64,000 nucleotides of DNA from Desulfomonilia bacterium (GCA_050014195.1 JBEKDT010000001.1:128001-192000), one strand, 5' to 3'. Numbered from the stretch's first letter, positions 46,596 through 57,707 are shown. Numbers and translations are program-made. Notes: generated by a model from the sequence alone, not told the origin.

Positions 46596-47246
46596 CTACC
46601 TGAAGGACTGGATGAATGTTTCCCCGGGCAGCTCTATGGCAGTGAGGACCCCTCCATAAACCGCACCGGTATCGATCCCTATCTTATCCGGCTTCACCAT
46701 GGGCCTGGCAAAGGGGGTATGCCCGAAAATCACCTTCTTTTTGATCCCCACGGGGGAAAAGATGAACTCATCCCTGATCCAGATCAAGTCATACCTGTCT
46801 TGTTTTTCTATTACGATCCGGGGCTTGATGCCTGCATGGACATAGAGGTAGTCGTCGTCTTCATGATACCACTTGAGGTTTGCTAGAAATACCCGGTGTG
46901 CATCCGGCAACTGCCGGGCTACCTGGTCGTTTGAGGCAAAACGTTCGTTTTTGACGTAGGATTCAACGGTCTTCATGCCGCCGTTGGCAAAAAAGACCGT
47001 TCTGTTCGTGCCGAACTCTAAAAAGGTAATAAACATATCTTCGTGGTTACCCCGCAAGAAAACACAAGGGACCCGGCCGGCAAGATCGATAAGAAAATCG
47101 ATTACACCGGCGACGGAATCACCCCTGTCGATGTAATCACCCAGAAAAATGAGGCAATCCTCCCGGCCGGGGTCTATGAGCGAGATGAGATCTTCGAGCT
47201 TGTCAAGGCATCCGTGAATGTCGCCGATGGCAAAGGTCCTGTTCAT
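46596..47246 (-). CDS. Metallophosphoesterase (PPP-like phosphatase)
   Basis: GDIHG, GDYIDRG, RGNHE, HAG, GHT, IDTG. Confidence 0.93.
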   Translation of the reverse strand: MNRTFAIGDIHGCLDKLEDLISLIDPGREDCLIFLGDYIDRGDSVAGVIDFLIDLAGRVPCVFLRGNHEDMFITFLEFGTNRTVFFANGGMKTVESYVKNERFASNDQVARQLPDAHRVFLANLKWYHEDDDYLYVHAGIKPRIVIEKQDRYDLIWIRDEFIFSPVGIKKKVIFGHTPFARPMVKPDKIGIDTGAVYGGVLTAIELPGETFIQSFR

Positions 47247-47291
47247 GATGATTATTTCTTTTAAAAAGCCTTGTGCACCGATTGAACTTAC

Positions 47292-48941
47292 TTAAAGGCC
47301 CTTCCTGAGCTTGAGGGTCTCGATTTTCAGCTCAGGTATCTTCTCTTTGGCAACCTTCGACTGAGGGTTGATTTTTAGTGCGGTCTTATATGCATCAAGC
47401 GCTGCATCAAGGTTTGTGAGCCTCTTGGGGATATCCTTACCTGAAGCCCTGTCCTCGTATGCGTACGCAAGCGCTATGGCCGCATCATAATCCTTGTACC
47501 TCTTGAGATACAACGCAGCTGCATCGATGATCTTATCTTGATCCTTCATCCCGACAGCAGCACTCACAAGGCCTTTCAAATACTCCTTCCTGGGGGATTT
47601 CTTTGCAAGGGACGAATAATATCCGTAGGCATCCTTGTACTGACCCAGCTTTAATGATAAGGAGGCTGCAGTCTGAAGTGAATCCATATCACCGGGTTTT
47701 AGCTGGAGTACCTTCGCAAAGGCTTCGAGGGCCCCTTTTATGTCCCCGGCCTTATCCCGTGCAATGCCGAGGTTATACCAGATCACGCTGTCATTAGGCG
47801 ACAGTTCCGCGGCCTTCTGGTAATACATCACCTGAGACTTGGTCTCTCCAAGCTTGCCCATCACCATGGCAAGCTGTGCCAGCGCGTTCTTGTCCTGGGG
47901 GTAGCGCTGAACATAACGCTTCAGAAGTTCTCCGGCTTTTTTAAAATCATTCTTCTTGAGTGCATCTTCGATCAGCGGGATGAGGATATCCCGATCCTTG
48001 GCGGTATCTGAAGCGGCCTGATACACATCAAGGGCCTGCCGATCCATGCCTGCCTGCTCATAGGTCTTGGCCAGATCGACGACCACGGACTCATTGCGCT
48101 CATCGAGCTCAAGGGCCTTTTTGAGGTACACAACCCGGTTTTGGAAATCGCCTTTTTCACCGGCTATGTAGGCCATGCGGCGGTAAATGGTTGCATCCGC
48201 CTTGCCCGCATCCACTATTTTTTGGCACATGGCAAGGGCATTATCGAAATCTTTCAGTTTGATGTAATACAATGAGAGGTTTGAGTATGCCGTTACATTC
48301 GCCGGATCGGCCTCCACAACCCCCTTAAAGATCCCCACCAAGGCCTGGTAGTCATCCTTCGCACTTAAGAGCTTATCAAGCATATCCAGAAAGTAGGCGT
48401 TCTTCGGAAAGGTTGCGTGGGCCGACCTTAAGATGGAAATCTTCTCCTCATCGCTCTTGGCCGCCTTGAGCTGATCCATGAAATCCTGCTCGGCCAGCTC
48501 CAGCTCCAGCGGGACTTTGGCGATCTTGCGGTCGAGATAGTAAATATCGATAGGGACTGACTTGATACCGGCAGCAATGAGCTGGTCACGGATCTCGGCC
48601 GTATCAATGGGCTCATTCAAGTCGTTTTGCTTTCCAAAGCCCACCACATCTGCCGTGAGGTATGAATCAAAGAACGTATTCGCATGGATCTTAGTAATGA
48701 TGATGGTCTCTCCGCCTTTGATCTTGAGTGACTCGCCCGCCTTCACCACATGGGGAACACCCTCCACATCGATCTCCATGGAGATGAACTGGGGGGGCTT
48801 TCTGAAGATGAATGAAATACAGGCCTCCCTGAGCTGCCCGACCTTACCCCCAAGGGGGACGATCAGGAACAGGGCCGTAGCAATGGCGATCACCACAATG
48901 ACCGCAATAACAGTATTCCCCTTGCTCTCTCTCCGTGCCAT
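47292..48941 (-). CDS. Membrane-anchored TPR protein
   Basis: N-terminal TM and repeated TPR helices. Confidence 0.85.
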   Translation of the reverse strand: MARRESKGNTVIAVIVVIAIATALFLIVPLGGKVGQLREACISFIFRKPPQFISMEIDVEGVPHVVKAGESLKIKGGETIIITKIHANTFFDSYLTADVVGFGKQNDLNEPIDTAEIRDQLIAAGIKSVPIDIYYLDRKIAKVPLELELAEQDFMDQLKAAKSDEEKISILRSAHATFPKNAYFLDMLDKLLSAKDDYQALVGIFKGVVEADPANVTAYSNLSLYYIKLKDFDNALAMCQKIVDAGKADATIYRRMAYIAGEKGDFQNRVVYLKKALELDERNESVVVDLAKTYEQAGMDRQALDVYQAASDTAKDRDILIPLIEDALKKNDFKKAGELLKRYVQRYPQDKNALAQLAMVMGKLGETKSQVMYYQKAAELSPNDSVIWYNLGIARDKAGDIKGALEAFAKVLQLKPGDMDSLQTAASLSLKLGQYKDAYGYYSSLAKKSPRKEYLKGLVSAAVGMKDQDKIIDAAALYLKRYKDYDAAIALAYAYEDRASGKDIPKRLTNLDAALDAYKTALKINPQSKVAKEKIPELKIETLKLRKGL

Positions 48942-49074
48942 CTTGATAGGTTTTTTGATTATTATCAATATCTCTTAAGGTTGTCTATTGCCATCTTCCA
49001 GGGTCCAATGAAGCATTTTTCTCATATCCTGGTCATTAGTCACCAGTCACTAATCAAGACATTCTGTTCATTGA

Positions 49075-49470
49075 TCACTGTTTACAAGCAATACACCCGA
49101 TCTCCACGAGCACATCTCTTGGCAGTCGGGAGGCTTCCACCGTGACGCGGGCCGGTTTTATCTCACCGGGGAAGAATGCGGCATATACCTCATTCATGGC
49201 GGCAAAGTCATTGAGGTCCTTGACGAAGACCTCCGTCTTCACGACGCTGTTCAGAGATAGCCCTGCCTCATTCAGGATCGCCTCGATGTTCTTGAGCGTC
49301 TGGGTAGTCTGCTCTCTGATTCCTCCCGGCACTATGGTGCCCGATGACGGGTTTAGCGGGATCTGCCCGGAGACGAAAACAAAGCCCCCTGCAACAACTG
49401 CCTGGGAATAGGGTCCTATTGCCCTAGGGGCCGCTCGGGTTGCAATGGCAGTAATCCTGATTTCAGACAT
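49075..49470 (-). CDS. ridA: RidA family enamine/imine deaminase
   Basis: [20 protein letters not shown]...LVEI. Confidence 0.92.
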   Translation of the reverse strand: MSEIRITAIATRAAPRAIGPYSQAVVAGGFVFVSGQIPLNPSSGTIVPGGIREQTTQTLKNIEAILNEAGLSLNSVVKTEVFVKDLNDFAAMNEVYAAFFPGEIKPARVTVEASRLPRDVLVEIGCIACKQ

Positions 49471-49699
49471 ATTACTTTTTAGCCTCCTTTCATCTGCAAT
49501 TTTGATCTGATCAAGGCTGTATCATACCTTAAGACCGTGATCCATGGATTTTCTTATACCTTCATGAGCGGTACATGAGGTTTTTTACTGAGGATAAGGC
49601 GCATTTTTATGACTTCCTCGGCCCTGGAACTTCTGCTAAGCTAATAACGCACCTCTTTTTTTAGGGAAAGACCGGTTGTTGAAAAAAGGAGCAGCCCAG

Positions 49700-50836
49700 A
49701 TGAAATCCGCTTTCATATACACATCTGCATTCGATACCTACAGCCTTGGGTCAGATCATCCCTTTAAGCCCTACAAGGCCACTATGGTCTATGAGCTGTG
49801 CTATCGCTACGGCCTCTTCGACCATCCATGGATCAAGATATACCAGCCCCACCCTGCAACCGAAGACGTCATGGCCGAGTACCACTCCCGAGAATATATT
49901 GATGCACTCAAGGGATGCAATGGCGGCAATTTTGACTTCACCATGCTCCATTACGGGCTGGGCACCGGTGACAACCCCGTGTTCAAGGGTGTCTTCGATT
50001 TCTCCCTGCTCGTGCTGGGGGCATCGGTCGTCTCTGCAGAACTCATCGCATCAGGCGAAGCGGACACGACCTTCAGTCCGGTGGGGGGGCTCCACCACGG
50101 GGGGTATGGGCATGCCGAGGGGTTCTGCTATGTGAACGATATCGTGATAGCCATTCACAGACTCTTAAAAACGGGATTCAAGAGAATCCTCTACATAGAC
50201 ATTGACGCACATCACGGCAATGGGGTCCAGGATGCCTTTTATGACTCTGAGAAAGTCCTGTTTATCTCACTACATCAGAACGGCGAGTCGCTGTATCCGG
50301 GCACCGGTTTTGAGAACGAGATCGGTGAGGGGAAGGGACGTGGATACACGGTAAACCTGCCGCTTCCGGAATACACCGATGATGAGGCATATGTGAGGGC
50401 ATTCAAGGCGATCTACCCGGATCTTGTTAAGGCTTATGAGCCCGAGTGTGTGGTGGCCCAGATAGGGCTTGATACCCTTAAGAAGGACCCGCTCACCAAC
50501 TTGAGGCTCACCAACAACGGATATTGCGCGGTCATTGAGGAGATCCGCAAGAGCTGCCCCAGGGTGCTTGCCTTGGGCGGCGGGGGCTACAGTGTGCCGG
50601 ATGTAGTAAGGGGTTGGACGCTTGCTTGGGCCATACTGAACGGAATTGAACCCGTTGATCAGTTTATCGGCAGCGTGGGCAGCGGTGTATACGGTCACGG
50701 GCAGGGAATCGATGAGCTCAGGGATCTGCCTCACCGGATATCCGATGCCCTAAAAAAGTCAGTGGACAGCTATGTGGACAATAAGATAGCCTATATCAAG
50801 ACTACGGTGTTTCCCCTCCTCGGTATCAGCTGCTGA
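49700..50836 (+). CDS. Histone deacetylase family protein (AcuC-like)
   Basis: HP, GGLHH, GFCYVND, DIDAHHG.G, GGGGY. Confidence 0.9.
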   Translation: MKSAFIYTSAFDTYSLGSDHPFKPYKATMVYELCYRYGLFDHPWIKIYQPHPATEDVMAEYHSREYIDALKGCNGGNFDFTMLHYGLGTGDNPVFKGVFDFSLLVLGASVVSAELIASGEADTTFSPVGGLHHGGYGHAEGFCYVNDIVIAIHRLLKTGFKRILYIDIDAHHGNGVQDAFYDSEKVLFISLHQNGESLYPGTGFENEIGEGKGRGYTVNLPLPEYTDDEAYVRAFKAIYPDLVKAYEPECVVAQIGLDTLKKDPLTNLRLTNNGYCAVIEEIRKSCPRVLALGGGGYSVPDVVRGWTLAWAILNGIEPVDQFIGSVGSGVYGHGQGIDELRDLPHRISDALKKSVDSYVDNKIAYIKTTVFPLLGISC

Positions 50837-50892
50837 TGCGTATGCATGTTTCTCCGAGTAGGGGCTTAAGAGATTCGATGCGGGGTGATGCC

Positions 50893-51288
50893 ATGGGTGA
50901 TGAGAAGAAAGAAGAAAAAAAAAGCTATACTTTCCTGGATAAAAGGGGACTCGACCAGGGGGCAGCAGAGGCCCCTCAAGAAACCACGAAGTTTGATCCT
51001 CAGCCTCAAGAAGGGAAGAACCAGAGGGGCTCTGCCCCGGCCATCGACTTTACAACGCTGGTCATGAGCTTTGCCAGCGCTGCCCTGGTCAGTATGGGCA
51101 GGGTGCCTGACCCTGCCGTCGGAACGGTCCAGAAGAACCTTGTTATTGCCCAGCAGAATATAGACATTATTCACCTCCTCCACGAGAAGACCAAAGGAAA
51201 TCTCACTGCCGATGAGGAACGCTTGATGGATCAGGTCCTCTATGAGCTGAGGATGAGTTATGTCGATGCAACAAAGGAAGAGAGATGA
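50893..51288 (+). CDS. DUF1844 family protein
   Basis: A...ID...L.EKTKGNL..DE..L...LYELRM.YV. Confidence 0.85.
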   Translation: MGDEKKEEKKSYTFLDKRGLDQGAAEAPQETTKFDPQPQEGKNQRGSAPAIDFTTLVMSFASAALVSMGRVPDPAVGTVQKNLVIAQQNIDIIHLLHEKTKGNLTADEERLMDQVLYELRMSYVDATKEER

Positions 51289-52781
51289 CAGTCAAGAAAA
51301 AATTCGGGTTTTATGGGGCTCTGCTCATGGTGGCAGTGTGCTCGGCGGTCGTTGGTATGTTCATAGCCTCCTCGCTGAAGATAGATTCGGTGAGCCAGGC
51401 CAGTCCCTTCTGGAAAGAGGGTTCTGCCCCGGCCCAGATGAAGGTTCCCCTCCCAAGTTTTTCGTCGCTCGCCAAGGAGGTAACACCTACGGTTGTGAAC
51501 ATACGGACCACAAAGAATCTGGCCAACAAAGACCTCTATCGCAAGTTTGAGCCGCCGCCTGGATATGATGAATGGTTCGATGATTTTTTCAAGAAATTCT
51601 TCAATAACATCCCCGAGCAGGACCTCCAGCAGCGAAGCCTGGGTTCCGGCTTCATCATCTCTGCCGACGGGTATGTGCTGACCAACAACCATGTGGTGAG
51701 CGGTGCTGATGAGATATTCGTCTCGCTCGCCGATAAGGAAGAGTTCAAGGCCAAGGTGGTAGGGACCGACGACAAGACGGATATCGCTCTCATTAAGATT
51801 ACTGCCGAGAAGTATAACTTTCCTGTGGCCGTGCTCGGTGATTCGGATGCCCTGGAGATCGGCGAATGGGTTATTGCCATCGGCAATCCCTTCGGATTCG
51901 GCCATACACTCACCCAGGGCATCGTATCAGCCAAGTCTCGGGTCATCGGTGCGGGTCCTTATGACAATTTTATCCAGACCGACGCAGCCATCAATCCCGG
52001 CAACTCGGGAGGCCCGCTCATGAACATGCAGGGTCAGGTTGTCGGCATTAACACTGCCATTGTGGCCTCCGGCCAGGGTATTGGATTTGCCACTCCCATC
52101 AACATGGCAAAGGAGATCCTGTCGGAACTCAAGGACAAAGGAGAAGTGGCGCGCGGGTGGCTCGGTGTTGCTATCCAGGAGGTAACGCCCGAGATTGCAC
52201 GTGCTGTAGGGTTGAAGGAGCCGAAAGGCGCCATGGTCACAACCGTTTATGCCGGCGACCCGGCGGACAAGGCAGGGATCAAGCCGGGCGATATCATCCT
52301 CAAGATCAATTCGCAAGAGGTCACGGATTCCCGTTCACTCACCAGGATGATCGGCAGCCTGAAGCCTGATGTAAAAATTACCATTACCGTATGGAGAGAT
52401 AGCCGCACACTCGATCTTTCCACCAAGTTGCAGAAAAGGGTCGATGAGCATGTGGCTAAACTTGGGAAAGGTCCCCAGCAAAAAGACCAAGGAGTCAGGG
52501 ACAGACTCGGACTCACGGTTATGGATATTACACCCGAGGTCCAGAGGGAGTTCAACATCTCAGAACCGGGCGGTGTGATCGTGATCGAGATTGAACCCAA
52601 GAGCAGTGCCGCCAGGGGCCAAATCCAGAAGATGGACATCATCAAGGAAGTTGAACACAAGGCTGTGAATTCTGCTGAGGAATACCTCTCTGCCATCTCT
52701 GCAAAGAAGAAAGGCAAACCTGTGCTGCTGCTGGTTGTGAGGGGATCGAAGAGCCTGTACGTGGCTGTTGACGACGATTGA
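51285..52781 (+). CDS. DegP/DegQ (HtrA) serine protease with two PDZ domains
   Basis: LGSGF, TNNHV, DIAL, QTDAAINPGNSGG. Confidence 0.95.
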   Translation: MTVKKKFGFYGALLMVAVCSAVVGMFIASSLKIDSVSQASPFWKEGSAPAQMKVPLPSFSSLAKEVTPTVVNIRTTKNLANKDLYRKFEPPPGYDEWFDDFFKKFFNNIPEQDLQQRSLGSGFIISADGYVLTNNHVVSGADEIFVSLADKEEFKAKVVGTDDKTDIALIKITAEKYNFPVAVLGDSDALEIGEWVIAIGNPFGFGHTLTQGIVSAKSRVIGAGPYDNFIQTDAAINPGNSGGPLMNMQGQVVGINTAIVASGQGIGFATPINMAKEILSELKDKGEVARGWLGVAIQEVTPEIARAVGLKEPKGAMVTTVYAGDPADKAGIKPGDIILKINSQEVTDSRSLTRMIGSLKPDVKITITVWRDSRTLDLSTKLQKRVDEHVAKLGKGPQQKDQGVRDRLGLTVMDITPEVQREFNISEPGGVIVIEIEPKSSAARGQIQKMDIIKEVEHKAVNSAEEYLSAISAKKKGKPVLLLVVRGSKSLYVAVDDD

Positions 52782-53662
52782 AGATCTTTGCTCCCGCCAA
52801 GATCAACATCTACCTCGAGGTTCTCGGCAAGAGGCCCGACGGCTACCATGAGTTGCGCACCATCATGGTGCCGCTGGCTTTTGGTGATGAGATCTTTCTT
52901 GATGCCGCCCCTTCAGGGATTACCCTGGATGCCGAAGGGTGTGGATGCTCTGAATCGGATAATCTTGCTTACCGGGCTGCACGGTTTTTTTTCGCCAAGA
53001 CGGGTATAGACCAAGGCGTGATTATAAGGATCATAAAAAGGATACCTGTCGGCGCCGGCCTGGGAGGAGGGAGCAGTGATGCATCAAGCGTCCTTTTGGG
53101 TATGAATGTACTTTTCAAGACGGGCCTTGGCATGGAAGAGCTTTCCCGTCTTGCAGGCGAGCTGGGTGCAGACTGTCCCTTCTTTATCTACCGCAGGCCC
53201 ATGCTCATGGGCTCGCGAGGGGATGTCCCCATCTCTGAGGTAAGAATCAAGGAACGTTCATATCTTATTGTTATACCCCCGGTCAGCATATCGACGGCCT
53301 TAGTTTTTTCAAATTTAACCTTGCCATTGACTCAAGACGGGAATAGAATTAAAATAGATAAGATTAGGTACAATTGCATTGAGCCTGAGCTCTGGGTCAG
53401 AAACGACCTGGAAGTTGTGGCTTGTGATATTTATCCCGAGCTTACAAGAATTAAAGGAGAGCTTATCAGTTCGGGGGCGCTGAAAGCAGGAATGTCGGGT
53501 AGCGGTTCGGCTGTTTTTGGTGTTTACGAATCGGAAGCTCACCTTTGCAGTGCATTGAGCCGCCTCGCACGGCATGAGGGGTATATTTATATACCCACAA
53601 CAAGATTGACGGGGGATATGTATGGAGATTACAGAGGTCAAGGTGTTTCCGGTCAAGGATAA
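52778..53662 (+). CDS. ispE: 4-diphosphocytidyl-2-C-methyl-D-erythritol kinase
   Basis: APAKIN, RPDGYH, KRIP.GAGLGGGSSDA, MSGSG. Confidence 0.95.
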   Translation: MKIFAPAKINIYLEVLGKRPDGYHELRTIMVPLAFGDEIFLDAAPSGITLDAEGCGCSESDNLAYRAARFFFAKTGIDQGVIIRIIKRIPVGAGLGGGSSDASSVLLGMNVLFKTGLGMEELSRLAGELGADCPFFIYRRPMLMGSRGDVPISEVRIKERSYLIVIPPVSISTALVFSNLTLPLTQDGNRIKIDKIRYNCIEPELWVRNDLEVVACDIYPELTRIKGELISSGALKAGMSGSGSAVFGVYESEAHLCSALSRLARHEGYIYIPTTRLTGDMYGDYRGQGVSGQG

Positions 53663-53888
53663 CGATAAACTCAAGGCCTATGCCTCTATTGTCTTTGATG
53701 ACTGCTTTGTTATCCGCGACTTAAGGGTCATTAGTGGGACAACGGGTTTATTTGTAGCAATGCCTTCTCGGAAGCGCAAAGATGGTTCCTTTCGAGACAC
53801 TGCACATCCTCTGAACATGGAAACGAGGGATAAGATTGAGAAATCCATTCTCGAATCCTACAAACTAAAGATTGCCAACGAAGTCTAA
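53622..53888 (+). CDS. spoVG: SpoVG family protein
   Basis: MEITEV, LKAYAS..FD, GLFVAMPSR, AHP. Confidence 0.92.
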   Translation: MEITEVKVFPVKDNDKLKAYASIVFDDCFVIRDLRVISGTTGLFVAMPSRKRKDGSFRDTAHPLNMETRDKIEKSILESYKLKIANEV

Positions 53889-53932
53889 TTCAACTATATT
53901 CCGTCCCGGTAACCGGATGGCTTCCAAGGTAC

Positions 53933-54006
53933 TGGGATGTCGTCTAATGGCAGGACACGAGATTTTGGATCTCGTTATGGAGGTTCGAATCCTCCCGTCC
54001 CAGCCA
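53933..54006 (+). tRNA. tRNA-Gln(TTG)
   Basis: Full cloverleaf TGGGATG...CGAGA-TTTTGGA-TCTCG...GGAGG-TTCGAAT-CCTCC-CGTCCCA-GCCA. Confidence 0.97.
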
Positions 54007-54181
54007 CATTGAGTAATATAATACAGCCTAATGTGAAGTTGTTTGTTTTTTACATCCCGGTAGCCATGAAACTCCAGGAGGGCAAAGATGGCCTCTCATT
54101 GAGAGGGTATGGGCCATACCCTCAATACGTTGTTTCCATTCTTTAAATGTTAGGCTCATCCTGTATAAGAGGGAAGAAACA

Positions 54182-55123
54182 ATGAACTCAAGCATCTGTG
54201 TATTGGCAGGGAACTCCAATAGGCCGCTTACCGAGAGCATCTGCAGGATTTTAGGCGTTGGTCTCGGCCTCGGGGATGTTAAACGTTTTTCCGATGGTGA
54301 GACATCAGTAGATATCCACGAGAGCATTCGCGGCAAAGACATCTTTATCGTCCAGTCCACCTGCTCACCTACGAATGAGCATCTCATGGAACTCCTGGTG
54401 ATGCTTGATGCAACCAGGCGTGCATCGGCCAAGAGGATCACGGCCGTCATCCCCTACTTCGGTTATGCCCGGCAGGACCGCAAGGCCTCACCCAGAGCCC
54501 CTATTACTGCAAAGCTTGTTGCCAATCTGCTGACCGTGGCAGGGGCGGACAGGGTGCTCACCATGGATCTCCATGCAGGCCAGATCCAGGGTTTTTTCGA
54601 TATCCCTGTGGATAATCTGTATGCCAAGCCTGTGATGCTGGGCCATATCCGTGACAAGTATCCTGATGACCTGTGCATCGTGGCCCCGGATGCAGGGGGT
54701 GTGGAAAGGGCCAGGGCCTATGCCAAGCCGCTGAAAGGTGAGCTTGCCATTATCGACAAGAGGCGGGAGCGGGCCAATGAATCCAATGTGATGCACATCA
54801 TCGGTGATGTGACCGGAAAGATATGCCTTATTGTGGATGACATCGTGGACACTGCAGGCACGCTGACCAACGGCGCGACAGCCCTCCTAGAGGCCGGGGC
54901 CAAAAAGGTGGTGGCATGCTGCTCTCACGGTGTGCTTTCAGGTCCGGCCATCAGCCGTATCAGCACCTCCGGAATTGACGATCTCATCATTACTGACACC
55001 ATTCCGTTGCATGCCGATGCCATCGCATGCGGCAAGATCACCGTGCTGAGTGTGGCACCGCTGCTGGCCGAGGCCATCAAGCGTACGTATACCGGCTCAT
55101 CGGTAAGCGAGCTGTTTCTTTAG
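54182..55123 (+). CDS. prs: Ribose-phosphate pyrophosphokinase
   Basis: FSDGE, YARQDRK, DLHAGQIQGFF, PDAGG, VDDIVDTAGT. Confidence 0.97.
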   Translation: MNSSICVLAGNSNRPLTESICRILGVGLGLGDVKRFSDGETSVDIHESIRGKDIFIVQSTCSPTNEHLMELLVMLDATRRASAKRITAVIPYFGYARQDRKASPRAPITAKLVANLLTVAGADRVLTMDLHAGQIQGFFDIPVDNLYAKPVMLGHIRDKYPDDLCIVAPDAGGVERARAYAKPLKGELAIIDKRRERANESNVMHIIGDVTGKICLIVDDIVDTAGTLTNGATALLEAGAKKVVACCSHGVLSGPAISRISTSGIDDLIITDTIPLHADAIACGKITVLSVAPLLAEAIKRTYTGSSVSELFL

Positions 55124-56619
55124 CCCTTACCCATCTCAGGCCTGAATTGGAGCGCCTCTGCAATGTGGGAGTCCCGGATATCAGGGCATGCCTCCAGATC
55201 CGCGATGGTCCGGGCTACTTTTATAACCCGGGTGAATCCCCTCATACTCAAGTTATATCTCGTCATGGCGGTAATAAGGAGTTCTTTTGATGTTTGCGTT
55301 AGGCTGCATGTCTCTTCAAGACGGTTATCAGGCATCTTGGCATTCAGATAGCCCCTGTCTGTCTGCAAAAAACGTGCGGCTGTCACCCTCTCACGAACAG
55401 GTTCGGATGAGGGTCTATCTCGAGGATTCAGCACACTCTTTATGTCTACAGGGTCCACCCAGACATGGAGGTCGATACGGTCTATGAGCGGACCTGATAG
55501 ACGGGAGCGGTATTTGGCGACCAGAAGTGGAGGGCATCGGCACTCCTTTGAAGGGTGGCCGAGATATCCGCATGGACACGGGTTAAGGGCGGCCACGAGC
55601 TGGAAACCGGCCTTAAAGGTGAAGGCCGAGCTTGCCCGTGAGATGGTCACGTGTCCGTCCTCCAACGGCTGTCGCATGGACTCCAGGGCGCTGCGCCTGA
55701 ATTCCAGCAGCTCATCCAGAAAGAGGACCCCGTTATGGGCAAGGCTCACCTCGCCGGGGGTTGGTATGGTGCCCCCGCCGATAAGTCCCGCATCAGAGAT
55801 GGTATGGTGAGGGGATCTGAAAGGACGTATGCATACTATCGCATTCTTTCTGAGCTTGCCGGCAGCCGAATAGATCGAGGTGCACTCCAGGATCTCCTCT
55901 TTTGTCAATGGCGGCAGGATCGTAGGTAAGCGTTTTGCCAGCATGGACTTGCCTGTACCAGGCGGGCCGACCATGAGGAGGTTATGGCCTCCTGCAGCGG
56001 CAATCTCCAAGGCCCGCTTGGCAAAGGCCTGCCCGCTGATCTCGGAGAGGTCAAGGCCGATAGTTTCCTGTGCCGTGAGGTCTATCCGGGGTACCTGCCG
56101 AAGGGTGATCTCCTCTCCTCTGAGAATGGCAAAAGCCTCTTTGAGGCTTGTGACCGGCAGGACCTCAACCTCTGCCAGATGCGCCTCCTGGGCGTTCTGA
56201 ACCGGGCAGATAATCCCTTTGAGACCCATGCGTCTGGTGAGGAATGCAGCCGAGATCACTCCGCGCACGGGTCGTACACTGCCGTCAAGACCGAGCTCCC
56301 CCATGAGGAGGTAGCTGCTCAGAATATCCCTGGGCACAAGGCCCAATGCAGCCAGGATGGCAATCGAGACGGGCAGGTCAAAGGTCCCGCCCTCCTTCCT
56401 GACATCCGCAGGGGCAAGGTTCACGGTAATGCGCCTGGGCGGAAAGTCCAGCCCTGAATTCACGATAGCCGATCTTACCCGTTCCCTGCTCTCCTTCACC
56501 GCGCTGTCGGGCAGACCCACGATGGCAAAATACGGCAGACCTCCCTGTATATCAGCTTCCACAACAACGCCCAGCGCATCAGTGCCCCACAGGGTGGCTG
56601 ACTGCACGCTTGCGTTCAT
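55120..56619 (-). CDS. comM: YifB/ComM Mg-chelatase-like AAA ATPase
   Basis: VGLPD..VKE, NLAPAD, GPPGTGKS, PFRSPHH, NPCPCG. Confidence 0.92.
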   Translation of the reverse strand: MNASVQSATLWGTDALGVVVEADIQGGLPYFAIVGLPDSAVKESRERVRSAIVNSGLDFPPRRITVNLAPADVRKEGGTFDLPVSIAILAALGLVPRDILSSYLLMGELGLDGSVRPVRGVISAAFLTRRMGLKGIICPVQNAQEAHLAEVEVLPVTSLKEAFAILRGEEITLRQVPRIDLTAQETIGLDLSEISGQAFAKRALEIAAAGGHNLLMVGPPGTGKSMLAKRLPTILPPLTKEEILECTSIYSAAGKLRKNAIVCIRPFRSPHHTISDAGLIGGGTIPTPGEVSLAHNGVLFLDELLEFRRSALESMRQPLEDGHVTISRASSAFTFKAGFQLVAALNPCPCGYLGHPSKECRCPPLLVAKYRSRLSGPLIDRIDLHVWVDPVDIKSVLNPRDRPSSEPVRERVTAARFLQTDRGYLNAKMPDNRLEETCSLTQTSKELLITAMTRYNLSMRGFTRVIKVARTIADLEACPDIRDSHIAEALQFRPEMGKG

Positions 56620-56734
56620 TATGATGGCATTTTAACAGAATCATGATGTCGTGTACAAGTGAACAGTGTCAGAAAGTGACTAGTGAGAGGATATGCTTTA
56701 ATCCGATATTCGCAATCTAAGAATAATAGTGCCT

Positions 56735-57208
56735 CTAGCGTTTGGTACTCCATATCTTTGTAATCGAAGCTAAACCCATATCGAAATAAAAGATAAAAAC
56801 CGTAATGGCTAGGAGGCTGAGGTCCCGGACAAGATAGATCCAGGAGATTCTTTGTGCCTCTTTTGTTGTAGTAAAGCACCCGCAGGAGATATCAAGCCCA
56901 TGAAAGAGGGCTATGCCAAGGGCAAAGGCAAACATGAACAAGAGCCCTGAGATGATCAGCAAGCTGCCGGGGATGAATATTCCGAGAAGAAGTGCAATGC
57001 CGGTGATCATCTCAACGAAGGGGAGCCCCACGCTGAAAGGATTTACCAGGACTACAGGCAGTATTCGGTAGTTGGCGACGGCCTCGGCGAATCCCTTCGG
57101 ATCAAGGAAATGGACCACCCCGGTGTAGAGGAACATGGCGCCGAGAATGACTCGGAATGCTAAAGACAGATACGTGCTAATTCTTGCCTGACCCGCCGAG
57201 AGCTCCAT
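56735..57208 (-). CDS. MauE/DoxX family membrane protein
   Basis: TM helices, F..AV.NY..LP, ISCGCF. Confidence 0.85.
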   Translation of the reverse strand: MELSAGQARISTYLSLAFRVILGAMFLYTGVVHFLDPKGFAEAVANYRILPVVLVNPFSVGLPFVEMITGIALLLGIFIPGSLLIISGLLFMFAFALGIALFHGLDISCGCFTTTKEAQRISWIYLVRDLSLLAITVFIFYFDMGLASITKIWSTKR

Positions 57209-57707
57209 CACCTACCCCTTCATCGATGGGATAACCCTTTTCCATCCATCCCTGCCAGCCGTCAGCAAACTCGCCCAAAGACTTGATTCCCTTCTTCCGG
57301 AGGGCTTCTGCGAGAACTCGTGCCTTGCCGCACCCTTGCCCATCACAGTAGGTAATGAAGATCTTACCGCCACCCTCCATTTCCTGGAGCCATGTCAGTT
57401 TCGTCTCCACCTTTTCCAGGGGCACATGGAAGGCGCCCGGCAGATGGCCCGAGACATAGGCTCCCTCTTCCCTCGCATCGAGGAAGAGTGCCCTGCCTGC
57501 CTTGAGGAGTTGCATGCATTCATCTGCCGAATAGATCTTGAGGGCATCTGTCGGTGTTGCGGTATCTTTCGGACTTCCTTTCCCCGACAGGAAGGTAAGC
57601 CCACCCGGCCTGAGCGCATTGATTGAAAAGGCCAGGGCAAGGCTCAGGACAAGGATAACAGCTGCCTCTCCAAAAGCCTTTCCGATCTTTGAATGGAATC
57701 CTGACAT
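57177..57707 (-). CDS. Membrane-anchored rhodanese domain protein
   Basis: DAR...Y..GHLPGA, YCDG..C, GW..W. Confidence 0.88.
   Translation of the reverse strand: MSGFHSKIGKAFGEAAVILVLSLALAFSINALRPGGLTFLSGKGSPKDTATPTDALKIYSADECMQLLKAGRALFLDAREEGAYVSGHLPGAFHVPLEKVETKLTWLQEMEGGGKIFITYCDGQGCGKARVLAEALRKKGIKSLGEFADGWQGWMEKGYPIDEGVGDGALGGSGKN

Noticed and set aside
53622-53888. spoVG in an apparently Gram-negative genome as a novelty
   Set aside because: ispE-spoVG-tRNA-Gln-prs order is already known in deltaproteobacteria
55120-56619. comM as an interrupted integration hotspot
   Set aside because: ORF is full length and uninterrupted, with no integrase or att duplication nearby
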